This document shows, piece after piece, positions 32,317 through 45,850 of a DNA stretch of 64,000 bases. The translations under genes were made by a program, and so were the position numbers. This DNA comes from Acidimicrobiia bacterium (GTDB lineage: Bacteria; Actinomycetota; Acidimicrobiia; Spongiisociales; ZC4RG35), in assembly GCA_965203555.1 (NCBI GenBank), contig CBDBCY010000004.1, positions 1,952,001 to 2,016,000 of the forward strand, given 5' to 3'. The notes below the pieces were generated by a model that searched no databases, was not told the DNA's origin, and was given only the letters and a program-made list of their open reading frames with translations. Within the stretch, counting starts at the first letter, position 1. The number at the start of each line of letters is the position of its first letter.

Positions 32317-32602
32317 GTATACAAAGCTATGCGTCTTGCGTTATGCAACAATCTAAAGCGCAATAGCTCGCGGTAAAAAGGCTGCGGTCGGCCGTCTTGA
32401 CAAATCTACGCAGACTCGGCGCAGCTATTGCTAGCCGGTTCACTCTCGGGCCACCGATGTCGACGGCAAAAGCCCGTGCCTCCCGTGCTTGCCGACGGGG
32501 CCCCAGCAAGGGTGGCCTCGTGAACCTAACAGGCTAAGGACCGCTGCCATGCTGTATACAAAGTTATGCACGGTGCGTTATGTCAATATCTAACGCGCAA
32601 TA
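32317..32602. repeat. Pair of 49-bp imperfect direct repeats (32317-32365 and 32554-32602)
   Basis: GTATACAAAG(C/T)TATGC....TGCGTTATG..A..ATCTAA.GCGCAATA; 39/49 identical by manual ungapped alignment; period 237 bp. Confidence 0.85.
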
Positions 32603-32622
32603 AAGCGTGTATAGTTGTGGGG

Positions 32623-34275
32623 ATGCAGGCTCGAGGGACCGAAGAGATCATCTCAGAAGGCGAGACGTACTGGGTCGAGTTCAAGACCGATGCCAGTGAC
32701 GATGAAATAGTCGAAGCGGTCGTATGTCTCGCGAACGGGGACGGAGGGCGACTCCTGATCGGGGTGGCGAATGATGGATCGGTCAATGGAGCATCCCATC
32801 GACACGGCACCTCGACAGACCCCCGTAGGATCGAGGCGCTTGTCGCCAACAAGACGTCCCCCGCCCTATGGGTGGAAGCATATGTAGAAGTGCTAGGCCC
32901 CGGCGAGGTGATAACGATCCGTGTGCCGAGACCAAGATCCCTTGTCGCAACAACCTCGGGCAAGTACATGCGTCGGGCTATCGATGTCGACGGCAAGCCA
33001 CAGTGCCGCCCGATCCTTCCCCACGAGGTTCCCGGAAGGGTGGCCGAGCTCGGGTTGCGCGACTTGTCGGCGTTCCCACTGGCGGATCTGTCGGTGCAGG
33101 ATCTCGACGCCGCCGAACTCGACCGGTTCCGGAGTCTCGCGGAAGGCGGCGGTGACGAAGCCCTCGCCACCCTATCGGGAGAAGAGCTCCTCTCCGCACT
33201 TGGATTCAGAACTGTCGACGGCGTCCTCACACTAGGTGCCGCCTTGCTATTCGGGACTCCGGACATCCTCCAGACTATGGTCCCGACACACTCAACGGTC
33301 TTCCAGGCGCTCGACGAATACGACGCCGTCCGAGCCAACCGGCGCCTCCAGGTTCCCCTTATCCGGGCAATGGTCGAACTCTCTGAAGCGATAAGGCCCT
33401 ACAACCCTGAGGAGGAGGTCGACGATGGGCTCTTCAGGCTTGGACTACCCCTTTACTCCGAGATCGCGATTCGGGAGTTGATCGGAAACGCCTTCGCCCA
33501 CCGCGACTATTCGATCAATGGTGAGGTCCGGGTCGCCATCGAAGGCGCCACCCTTTCGGTCAGCAATCCGGGCGGTTTCCCAACCGGTATCAGGATCGAC
33601 AACCTCTTGACTGCACCGCCACAGGCGCGGAACCCCCTAATCGCCGATGCTTTCAAGCGAGCAGGGCTAGTCGAGCGGGTTGGACGTGGTATCAACAGGG
33701 TCTACCGTAACCAACTCGCTCTGGGAAGACCCCTTCCCGACTATTCGCGTTCCACTCGGGGCTGGGTAGAGGCCCGACTACCAGCTGGGCCAGCCGATCG
33801 GGAACTCGCCGCGTTCGTCGCCATGTCGGCTCGAGAAGGTAAGCGCCTCGATCTACACGCTCTACAAGTGCTACACGAGGTTCGAGCCGAAGGTCGGATC
33901 ACATCGGCTCATGCAGGACAGATCTTCCATGTCAGCCGTGATGAAACGCGGTGGATACTCAATACTCTGGTCGAGCGCGGCTTTCTCGAATCCCGCGGCC
34001 AAGGCAGGGGACGCGCCTACCACCTGACGGCCGCTCTCTACCGGGAGTTGGGGGAGTCGGCGGCATATGTCCGCACTCGTGGCTTCGACCGAATCCAACA
34101 AGAACAGATGGTTCTCACCTACGTCGGCGAACGTGGTTCCATCGCACGCTCAGAGGCGGCCGAGCTTTGCCAGCTGACACCCGATCAGGCTTCACGGCTG
34201 CTGCGGCGAATGGTAAAGGTGGGAAGCCTAGAAATGACGGGTGCCCGACGGACCGCCCGTTACAAGTCGCCATAG
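32623..34275 (+). CDS. Schlafen/AlbA_2 domain + HATPase_c_4 (RecG C-terminal-like) + wHTH protein
   Basis: GETYWVEFK...CLANGDGGRLLIGVANDG (AlbA_2); RELIGNAFAHRDY, SNPGG, RNPLIA, VERVGRGI; two C-terminal HTH-like segments. Confidence 0.88.
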   Translation: MQARGTEEIISEGETYWVEFKTDASDDEIVEAVVCLANGDGGRLLIGVANDGSVNGASHRHGTSTDPRRIEALVANKTSPALWVEAYVEVLGPGEVITIRVPRPRSLVATTSGKYMRRAIDVDGKPQCRPILPHEVPGRVAELGLRDLSAFPLADLSVQDLDAAELDRFRSLAEGGGDEALATLSGEELLSALGFRTVDGVLTLGAALLFGTPDILQTMVPTHSTVFQALDEYDAVRANRRLQVPLIRAMVELSEAIRPYNPEEEVDDGLFRLGLPLYSEIAIRELIGNAFAHRDYSINGEVRVAIEGATLSVSNPGGFPTGIRIDNLLTAPPQARNPLIADAFKRAGLVERVGRGINRVYRNQLALGRPLPDYSRSTRGWVEARLPAGPADRELAAFVAMSAREGKRLDLHALQVLHEVRAEGRITSAHAGQIFHVSRDETRWILNTLVERGFLESRGQGRGRAYHLTAALYRELGESAAYVRTRGFDRIQQEQMVLTYVGERGSIARSEAAELCQLTPDQASRLLRRMVKVGSLEMTGARRTARYKSP

Positions 34276-34472
34276 CAGGCTGCGACCCGCGGGCCGGTGC
34301 TAGTGGAACCAAAGCTCGCCCTGAACGGGGATGGAAACTACAGGTGGTGATGTTCGGATTAATGCACCGGAGAATCACACCAAGATGTTCCGCACCACCA
34401 TCAAGACCCCTTGGCGCCGACCATCGTTTCATCCGCGAAATGGTCACTTGTCGTGGCAAACACCTCTAGATG

Positions 34473-34549
34473 TGGTGGAGACGATGGGACTTGAACCCAC
34501 GACCTCCTGCTTGCAAAGCAGGCGCTCTTCCAGGCTGAGCTACGTCCCC
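34473..34549 (-). tRNA. tRNA-Ala (TGC)
   Basis: GGGGACGTAGCTCAGCCTGGAAGAGCGCCTGCTTTGCAAGCAGG...GTTCAAGTCC...CTCCACCA cloverleaf with encoded CCA. Confidence 0.96.
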
Positions 34550-34611
34550 TTGAAACCACAAGGATACTCGTCTCCGGGGGTTCCCAGCCTGTGTAATATG
34601 TCTTGCGGAGA

Positions 34612-34686
34612 GGGCTCATAGCTCAGGTTGGTTAGAGCGCATCCCTGATAAGGATGAGGTCCCTGGTTCAAATCCAGGTGGGCCCA
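34612..34686 (+). tRNA. tRNA-Ile (GAT)
   Basis: GGGCTCATAGCTCAGGTTGGTTAGAGCGCATCCCTGATAAGGATG...GTTCAAATCC...GGGCCCA; CCA not encoded. Confidence 0.96.
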
Positions 34687-34867
34687 CAGATATCTGCCTA
34701 CTCCCCCAACCGGGTCACTATCACCCCGCGGCCTTTGCGTCCATTCAGTGGAATGAGCCGGACCCGTCCGGGCACACCGCCCGTCTTCATCTCGGGACCG
34801 GTTCTGTTCTGGTAGGTCGGATGGGTGTCGGCCCTCTCCGAGGCGGGGCGAAACCAAGGGACAGTTG

Positions 34868-35368
34868 TCAGCTTGTCTCGACCACCATGGTGGGCTGGTC
34901 CGGATCGGTCGGCCCGGTGCGGTCGGGTGCGGGAAGGGCTGGCGTCTGAGCAGGTTCGGACGGAGATGCCACCACCACCGGCACCACGTTCTCTTCCAGC
35001 AGCACCACTTCCACGCCACCCACAACGTCGGCTACCAAGTTGTACATGATCGCCGCCAGAGTGGTCAAACCGCAGGACAAAACCGCCCATGCCACCGCCA
35101 GAATGGCAGACAGACGTATGAACTGCTCGGTGTTGGAAAACGGCGCCTCTCCTTCGTCCAAGAGGGTGATCTGGACCAGGAACTCGGTGATCCTCTGCGG
35201 AATTCCGGACCTTTCCACCACTTCCCAGAACATCACCGACGCGAGCATGAAAGCAAAAGCCGCCACCAGATAGACGATCAAAGACACCTTGAGAACAGTC
35301 CATGGGTCTATCCGCCGGATAATTCGACGAACGCGGTGCACCGAGTGAGTGGGCTGGGTATCTAGCAC
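34868..35368 (-). CDS. DUF3566 transmembrane protein
   Basis: RRIDPWTVLKVS, two TM helices, YNLVADVVGGVEV; conserved position after gyrA. Confidence 0.88.
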   Translation of the reverse strand: MLDTQPTHSVHRVRRIIRRIDPWTVLKVSLIVYLVAAFAFMLASVMFWEVVERSGIPQRITEFLVQITLLDEGEAPFSNTEQFIRLSAILAVAWAVLSCGLTTLAAIMYNLVADVVGGVEVVLLEENVVPVVVASPSEPAQTPALPAPDRTGPTDPDQPTMVVETS

Positions 35369-35412
35369 AACCAGGAGCCTACCGGCCAGCCACGGGCTAT
35401 GGCAGCGCCCCC

Positions 35413-39818
<4,406 letters not shown>

Positions 39819-39968
39819 CTAGCTTTCTGAAAAACGGCTTTCGTGGATCGCAGGGCAGGAGTTACGGCGACCCTCTTTGATCTGCCATATATTCTAGCCG
39901 AATCGCAGTGACATTTCTCGCCTTTCCTCCTCGTCAAAGAGTGCATTAATAGCCTCTGACCTGCGGGT

Positions 39969-40289
39969 TTAGTGCTCATAGAATGACCTGGCGACCTTTA
40001 TCGCGACATGGTGCACCACCCGTGACCCCAGTGCGCCGTTGAGTTGTTCCAGCAAGCCTGCCGCGCCGTAACGGAGCAAAGTGGCGTCCATTTGCGAGCC
40101 AACCTCCACCACCAGGCAATTGTCCTCGAGGACCAGGGGTCGGGCCTTGTCCCGCCAGGGCCCGGACACCATTTCCCCCCAGTGTCGGCGGATGTGGAGA
40201 TTGGCGGCGACCCTGGGTACCCCCAGCTTCGCCAATGTCTCTTCGACCTGGGTGGCGGCCCGCGTCGGATCGTTGCGAGAGGTTCTCAT
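39969..40289 (-). CDS. DUF721 / DciA family protein
   Basis: Position between recF and gyrB; W.EMV...ARP..L....LVV....L...LN..LG pattern. Confidence 0.75.
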   Translation of the reverse strand: MRTSRNDPTRAATQVEETLAKLGVPRVAANLHIRRHWGEMVSGPWRDKARPLVLEDNCLVVEVGSQMDATLLRYGAAGLLEQLNGALGSRVVHHVAIKVARSFYEH

Positions 40290-41377
40290 CGTACGCTCCC
40301 CGGCTCCACTGACCAGACCCTTCCTCCCACCGGCGCTTTTCTCTCATCCACTGCGGTCATAAAAGTTTGGGTGGTGGGCAGCCACTCAACCAATGCCCCC
40401 GCCCGGTCCTCGTCAAGTTCGCTGAAGACGTCATCCAGCACCAGCAGCGGTCGGCAGCCGGCTGCCTGCTCCACCGCCTCAAAGGCGCCCAGGCGCAGCG
40501 CAAGCGCCAGGGTTCTCTGCTCGCCCTGGCTGGCGAATAACCTGGCGTCTTCGTCGTTCAGGGTAAGCACCGGCTCATCACGATGGGGACCGGTGGTAGT
40601 GGCGCCCAACAGGAAATCGCGGCGGCGGACCTTGTTCAGGGCTTCCCTCAGTTCCTGTTCCCACACGGCGATCTCCACGGTCGGATCCAGCCTGCCGCCC
40701 CAACCTGATCGATAGTCGACTGCGATAGTCTCGCCCAGGCCCGCGATGGCCCACACCGCCTCTGACAGTGGAGAGAGAACTTCCCGAAAGGCGCGGGCGC
40801 GGGCGTCCATCACCCTGGCGCCCGACTGTGAGAGTCTCTGATCCCATACTTCCAAAGTGATCCGATCTTGCCGGTCCCCGGTCTTCAAGAAGGCGTTGCG
40901 CTGACGGAGCGCTTTCTGGTAATCCGACTGGTCCGCTCTGGCCACCGGCCACAGCAACGCGGCGGTTTCGTCCAGCCAGTCTCGACGCATACCCGGCCCT
41001 CCCTTCACCAGATCCAGGTGCTCCGGTATGAATATCAGCAACCTCCCCATCCTGGCCAACTCGCCGACCCGGGAAAGTCGGGACCCGTTGAGCATTATCC
41101 GGCGTCTCTGCATGCGATGCAACACCAATTCCACCGTGTGTGGAGAACTGTCATCAGTTTCTCCCCGGACCGCCGCCATTTCCAGTCCCGCGGATACCAA
41201 CGCCCGGTCAGGCGCTCCCCGAAAGGATGAGCCAGTGAACAGCATCCCCACTGCTTCCAGCAGGTTGGTCTTACCCACCCCGTTCGGGCCCACCAGCAGA
41301 TTGACCCCTTCCGCTGGCGTCCACCGCAGTTCCGGGTAGGAGCGGAACCCGGCCAGAGTCAGCCAGGCCAACGCCAT
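40286..41377 (-). CDS. recF: DNA replication/repair protein RecF
   Basis: FRSY, GPNGVGKTNLLEA, GPHRD, SQGEQR, LDDVFSELD. Confidence 0.95.
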   Translation of the reverse strand: MALAWLTLAGFRSYPELRWTPAEGVNLLVGPNGVGKTNLLEAVGMLFTGSSFRGAPDRALVSAGLEMAAVRGETDDSSPHTVELVLHRMQRRRIMLNGSRLSRVGELARMGRLLIFIPEHLDLVKGGPGMRRDWLDETAALLWPVARADQSDYQKALRQRNAFLKTGDRQDRITLEVWDQRLSQSGARVMDARARAFREVLSPLSEAVWAIAGLGETIAVDYRSGWGGRLDPTVEIAVWEQELREALNKVRRRDFLLGATTTGPHRDEPVLTLNDEDARLFASQGEQRTLALALRLGAFEAVEQAAGCRPLLVLDDVFSELDEDRAGALVEWLPTTQTFMTAVDERKAPVGGRVWSVEPGSVR

Positions 41378-42472
41378 CTACACGTTGACCGGCATCAACA
41401 AGTAGAGAAATTCGTCTCTTTGGGGATCATCTATAACACTGGGTTTCATGCCGTCGATGATGCGGAACCGCACCTTGTCAGCGCCGGTGGCAACTACGCC
41501 GTCGGAAAGGTAGCGGGGATTGAAGGCGACTGTCAGGGTTTGGGTCTCTCCCCCGAACTCTCCTTCTACGAAATCGGTCGCACGCCCGACGTCCTGCCTG
41601 ACAACATTCACCTCGGCGCCGCCATCACTGATGGTCAACCTGACGGGGTAATGATCCTCGGCCACCAACTCCATGCGTCGAATGGTTTCCAGCAACGTTT
41701 CTCGGTCGCAGGTGAATTGGTTGGGGTATTGACTGGGCAGCAAGCCTTCGTAATTCGGATAGTTTCCTTCGATCATCCGCAGCCGGAGAGTGCCGGCCGT
41801 TGAATTGAAGATCCCTTCCCGGCTACTGAAGGACACCTTCACCTTGCTGGCGCCTACGGTGTTAGGTAGTTCCCTCAACCCGCGGGCCGGCAGCAATCCG
41901 GTGGCGTCAAGTCCGATCGCCGGCAAATCGCGCAGGGCCAATCGGTAGGAATCCGTAGCGACCAAGCGCAAGCGCTCGGATGTTGACTCCACCAACACTC
42001 CGGTGAGGACAGCTCTGCCCAAGTCGGTGGAAGCTGCGGGAACCACCTGCTTGATAGCTTCGGTGAGACTCTCCCCTTCCACCTCGGTTCCTGAAGATCC
42101 GCTGACAGAAATCTTTGGAAAGTCTTCGTTGAGTTGTCGCAACGTGTACACCGGTTGGGGATTCTCGCCCGAAATCTTCAACTCGACTTGGTCTTCGGCC
42201 TGCAAGGTCACATCACCCGGCGGCATTCTTCGCACGGCTTGGGTGAACAGCCTCCCAGGGACAATTACCTTGCCCCACTCCTCCACATCGGCTGCTATTT
42301 CGCTGCGAACCGTCACTTCCAGATCGGTACCAGTAACAGCCAGTCTGCCATCGGACGCCTCGCACTGGAGTCCCTGCAGCACAGGAAGCGAACTTCGAGA
42401 ACCAACGGCCCGCTGCGCTCGTCCCAATGCGTCAGCCAGTTGTTCCCGGTTAGCTCGGATCTTCACAAACAT
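41378..42472 (-). CDS. dnaN: DNA polymerase III beta clamp
   Basis: GTDLEV, VATDSYRL, GNYPNY, AFNPRYL, YLLMPV. Confidence 0.95.
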   Translation of the reverse strand: MFVKIRANREQLADALGRAQRAVGSRSSLPVLQGLQCEASDGRLAVTGTDLEVTVRSEIAADVEEWGKVIVPGRLFTQAVRRMPPGDVTLQAEDQVELKISGENPQPVYTLRQLNEDFPKISVSGSSGTEVEGESLTEAIKQVVPAASTDLGRAVLTGVLVESTSERLRLVATDSYRLALRDLPAIGLDATGLLPARGLRELPNTVGASKVKVSFSSREGIFNSTAGTLRLRMIEGNYPNYEGLLPSQYPNQFTCDRETLLETIRRMELVAEDHYPVRLTISDGGAEVNVVRQDVGRATDFVEGEFGGETQTLTVAFNPRYLSDGVVATGADKVRFRIIDGMKPSVIDDPQRDEFLYLLMPVNV

Positions 42473-42654
42473 TCCCCTTTCATTAAGAATTCAATTTAAA
42501 AATAATGGGCGTAGTAACAGTAGGTGCTGTCGACTGTCCACACCTTGGCGGTATCGCTGGCGAATGCTGGGCGAACTACAAAGATGTTTGTATACCGGCA
42601 TACGGAGCTGTGGTCCTTGTCGGAGCGGCTGTGAACATATATGGCGCGACGTGG
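42473..42654. other. Probable replication origin (oriC) between dnaA and dnaN
   Basis: AT-rich tract 42482-42506; DnaA-trio-like TAC TGT TAC TAC (minus strand, 42511-42522); degenerate DnaA boxes CTGTCCACA 42534-42542, TGTCGACTG 42528-42536, TGTGAACAT 42630-42638. Confidence 0.75.
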
Positions 42655-44055
42655 TCATTGCTTGTTGATAGCGTTGTATATACCGTTGACCCGTCCGGCG
42701 AACTGGCGATCGCCGGAGATTTGGGAGAGGATGCGTCGGTGCGCGGAAAGCACAGTGGAGTGTCCCCTGCGAAACGCGGTACCGATGCGAGCGTATGGCA
42801 ATCCGGTGATTTCACGGGTGAGGTACATCGCGACTTGGCGGGCGGCGGACGGTATCGGGCGTCGATTATGGTTAAGAATTTCCTCGACGGTGGTCCCGAA
42901 CTCCTGCGCGCAGGCCGCGATGATATTTTCTGGGGTTTGCGCCACCGATGCCAAGCCCGACATAGGAGCCAGGTGTTGAAGAGCGGCCTCCGGCGTGACA
43001 GGAAGTTTCGTCAGGTTTGCGTAAGCGTACAGTTGGCGTAGTGCGCTGGCTAGGTCTCGGATGTTGTGTGTGAACTGGTCTGCGATGATCCGGAGGACAC
43101 TGTCGTCCAGGGACATCCGGCCCGTGTCCTGAAGCCGATGCAGAATCGCCATTCGCGTTTGTAGATCCGGCGGAACGATCTCGGTGATAAGACCTGCCGA
43201 GATGCGGCTTCTGGTACGGTCGGAGACGGCAGTGAGGTCTCGAGGGGGACGATCGCAGCCCAGAACAATGTGTTTGCCTTCGTTGTGAAGGCTGTCGAAG
43301 GTCCAGAAGAATTCCTCCAGGGTCTGTTCCTTGCCTTGCAGGAACTGGAAATCGTCGAGTATCAGCATGTCCACCTGCCGGAACCTTCTTCGGAAGGCTT
43401 CCATTTGTCGTTTACCAACGCATTGAATGAAGTCTTGGACGAACTTTTCCGAAGTGCAATAACTAACGGTCAGGTCCGGTCGGCGTGCTCGGGCGCGGTG
43501 GGATATGGCCAGCAGAAGGTGGGTTTTACCGAGCCCGGATGCGCCATAGATGAAAAGAGGGTTGTAACGATCCCCGGGACTTTCTGCCACGGAGGTTGCC
43601 GCCGCATATGCGAACAAATTGGAAGACCCCACCTCAAAGTTGTCGAAGCGGTGGCGATTGGCGGGATGCCGGGGGCTGGGTACGGGCGGGCGCCGCCTAT
43701 CCGGCGCCTTCGAGACGGCGGGAAGAGTAGTTTTGGGAGGTTTGGGTCTGGGCTCGATGCGGTCGGGGTTGACAGTTACCCGGATTCGGGCGGGGAGGTC
43801 GGCGCCCGCGGTTTTTGCTGCCGACTCGACCTGCGATAGGAACCTGCTTAACACTTGGTTGGCCACGAAGCGACTGGGCGCCTCCAAAAGAACTTCCGAT
43901 GACGTTAGGGAGATGTGGATGTCCTTGAACCACCGGGACCAGTCATCCGGAGAGGTGCGGGCGGTTAGCACCTCTCGGAAGATAGTTCGATCAAGACTGG
44001 GGGCGGACGGGGTCAAGGCAGGTTGTCTCCGGGCCTGTGAGCCAAGGCCACCCAT
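42655..44055 (-). CDS. dnaA: Chromosomal replication initiator DnaA
   Basis: FDNF..G.SN..A, YNPLFIYGASGLGKTHL, LILDDFQ, ARQVAMYLTRE. Start codon uncertain. Confidence 0.95.
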   Translation of the reverse strand: MGGLGSQARRQPALTPSAPSLDRTIFREVLTARTSPDDWSRWFKDIHISLTSSEVLLEAPSRFVANQVLSRFLSQVESAAKTAGADLPARIRVTVNPDRIEPRPKPPKTTLPAVSKAPDRRRPPVPSPRHPANRHRFDNFEVGSSNLFAYAAATSVAESPGDRYNPLFIYGASGLGKTHLLLAISHRARARRPDLTVSYCTSEKFVQDFIQCVGKRQMEAFRRRFRQVDMLILDDFQFLQGKEQTLEEFFWTFDSLHNEGKHIVLGCDRPPRDLTAVSDRTRSRISAGLITEIVPPDLQTRMAILHRLQDTGRMSLDDSVLRIIADQFTHNIRDLASALRQLYAYANLTKLPVTPEAALQHLAPMSGLASVAQTPENIIAACAQEFGTTVEEILNHNRRPIPSAARQVAMYLTREITGLPYARIGTAFRRGHSTVLSAHRRILSQISGDRQFAGRVNGIYNAINKQ

Positions 44056-44465
44056 GTTCCCGGGGTGGCGCGTGGACCAAGGCGTTTCGGTCGGGGGCTT
44101 GTGGCGAGTTGATGGCTGGGTTGTCCGGTGGGGGGACCTAAAAAGAGCGGGAGTCCCTAGAGTCAGTGTAAGGGCGGCTCACGGTCTCCCTGACAGGCGC
44201 GGTCCCGGTCCGGGGCGAACCCACAAGAATTGCTGCCCCGACCTGCGGAAAGAGCCGCTTAGGGTACAGTTTGCACGGAGAGGGCCGCGACTTGCCTGAG
44301 CAGGGAAAAAACAGGTATGTAACTTGATGCGGAGTTTCTTCGCGATTTCAAGATCTTTTTTGCCACAAAACACGTTGTTTTCACGACTTTGTCAGAACCT
44401 GTTCGCATGCAGGGGGGGTCACTTCTTTACAAAGAAGGAAGGTTCACATGGTTAAGGGCTTGTTC

Positions 44466-45032
44466 TTACGGATGTGAGCGATCAGCTTGCAAGGCGGACC
44501 CGTGCAAGTCGAACCCCAGGCCTGCGACCATCAGCCTCACTCGATCCGCCCGAGCGGCTATCAGTTGGTTGACGCGTCCCAATGCATCCCGGAATACCCG
44601 CCCGAGAGCAGAACCGGGGACAAGGCCTAAACCGACCTCGTTACTCACCAGAATCCAGGCCGCACCAGAGGCGGAAATCAGATCCAGCAAGCGGTCCGTT
44701 TCGACGAGGAGACGGCGTTCACCGTCGCAGTGACCTTCCCTTTCCAGCAGCAAATTGCTTACCCACATGGTTATGCAGTCCACCAGGAAGACGTCATAGG
44801 CGCCGAGATGGGGTCGAAGGGCCGTCACAAGGTCCCGGGGTTCTTCCAAGGTATCCCATGCCGGAGGTCTGGTTTGGCGGTGAATGCGGATTCGATGCTC
44901 CATCTCGTGGTCCCCAGGTTCTGCGGTAGCGACAAATAGAACCCGATCACCATCTTGAGCCAACTGCTCGGCAGCGGTGCTCTTCCCCGAGCGGGCGCCT
45001 CCGAGTATGAAGGTGAGGTGGGCCTCCATCAC
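44466..45032 (-). CDS. cobU: Adenosylcobinamide kinase / cobinamide-phosphate guanylyltransferase
   Basis: GGARSGKS, VATA...D.EM..RI..H...RP, SNEVGLG, FRDALG. Confidence 0.93.
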   Translation of the reverse strand: MMEAHLTFILGGARSGKSTAAEQLAQDGDRVLFVATAEPGDHEMEHRIRIHRQTRPPAWDTLEEPRDLVTALRPHLGAYDVFLVDCITMWVSNLLLEREGHCDGERRLLVETDRLLDLISASGAAWILVSNEVGLGLVPGSALGRVFRDALGRVNQLIAARADRVRLMVAGLGFDLHGSALQADRSHP

Positions 45033-45850
45033 AGCGGCAGCCCAATAGACGTGAAAAAGGGCGCTGCCGGCGTCCAGGCGGTCACGAGGGCGGCAAAAAG
45101 GAGAGCCGTAGCCTCTACCAGTTCATTTACAGCACCGTACACGTCACCGGTTAAGCCTCCCAGCAGCGTAGTCGCCCATCTTCCCACCGACCAGCCTACG
45201 ATGGCTGCCAGGGCCGCCAAGGCGAGACCCCACGGCCCTATCAGAGCGGTGCCCGCCACCAAGGCGACCGTCAGTCCGAGTGGCAAATGCCACCGCCCTT
45301 GCTTCTGAAGAAAGTCGACACCGAGGCCGTTGCTGCCCACATAGGGAAACACTTCCATGACTAGCAACATGGCGCCGCGGGACAAGCAGGGAACCAGGAT
45401 CAGTATCCACGGGCGGCTCTGCCATGGCAAGGCAGAAATAGCGGCCACTTTGACGAGCAGCAGGCACACAACCCCAACAACCGCAAATGTTCCCACGTGA
45501 GGGTCTTTGAGAATCTGCATGCGATGCTTTGGGCTGGAACCACCCAAGAGGGCATCACATGTGTCCATAAAGCCGTCCAAATGGAGGGCGCCGGTAATCA
45601 AGACCAACGCGGCCACCACCACCGCGCCGACCAGGACCTGGGCCACTACCGCGGCGCCGCCGTAATCGTTTATGCCTGCGCGGTATCCCCAACGTATCAA
45701 CAGATCGAACGCCGCCAACACGGTGCCAACCAGCAACCCGACCGCCGGGAACCAGGCGCGGGCCGAAGCAATCCCCTGTCCGTGGTTGGCTCGGCTCGAA
45801 CCCACCGGAAACGTGGTCAAGAATGCGATTGCAGATTGCAGACCCGTCAT
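45029..45850 (-). CDS. cobS: Adenosylcobinamide-GDP ribazoletransferase (cobalamin synthase)
   Basis: FLT..P, TGALHLDGFMDTCD, KDPHVGTF, GGLTGDVYGA. Confidence 0.93.
   Translation of the reverse strand: MTGLQSAIAFLTTFPVGSSRANHGQGIASARAWFPAVGLLVGTVLAAFDLLIRWGYRAGINDYGGAAVVAQVLVGAVVVAALVLITGALHLDGFMDTCDALLGGSSPKHRMQILKDPHVGTFAVVGVVCLLLVKVAAISALPWQSRPWILILVPCLSRGAMLLVMEVFPYVGSNGLGVDFLQKQGRWHLPLGLTVALVAGTALIGPWGLALAALAAIVGWSVGRWATTLLGGLTGDVYGAVNELVEATALLFAALVTAWTPAAPFFTSIGLPL

Noticed and set aside
32560-32590. dif-like site (TTATGTCAA resembles an XerD arm)
   Set aside because: No XerC arm at 6-bp spacing, and the location is next to oriC rather than the terminus.
32317-32602. CRISPR array or retron
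   Set aside because: Only two imperfect repeats with a 188-bp spacer; no cas or reverse transcriptase gene in the window.
31800-34480. attL/attR duplication of the tRNA-Ala 3' end
   Set aside because: Only a weak CTCTAG..GTGGTG similarity near 31812; no integrase.
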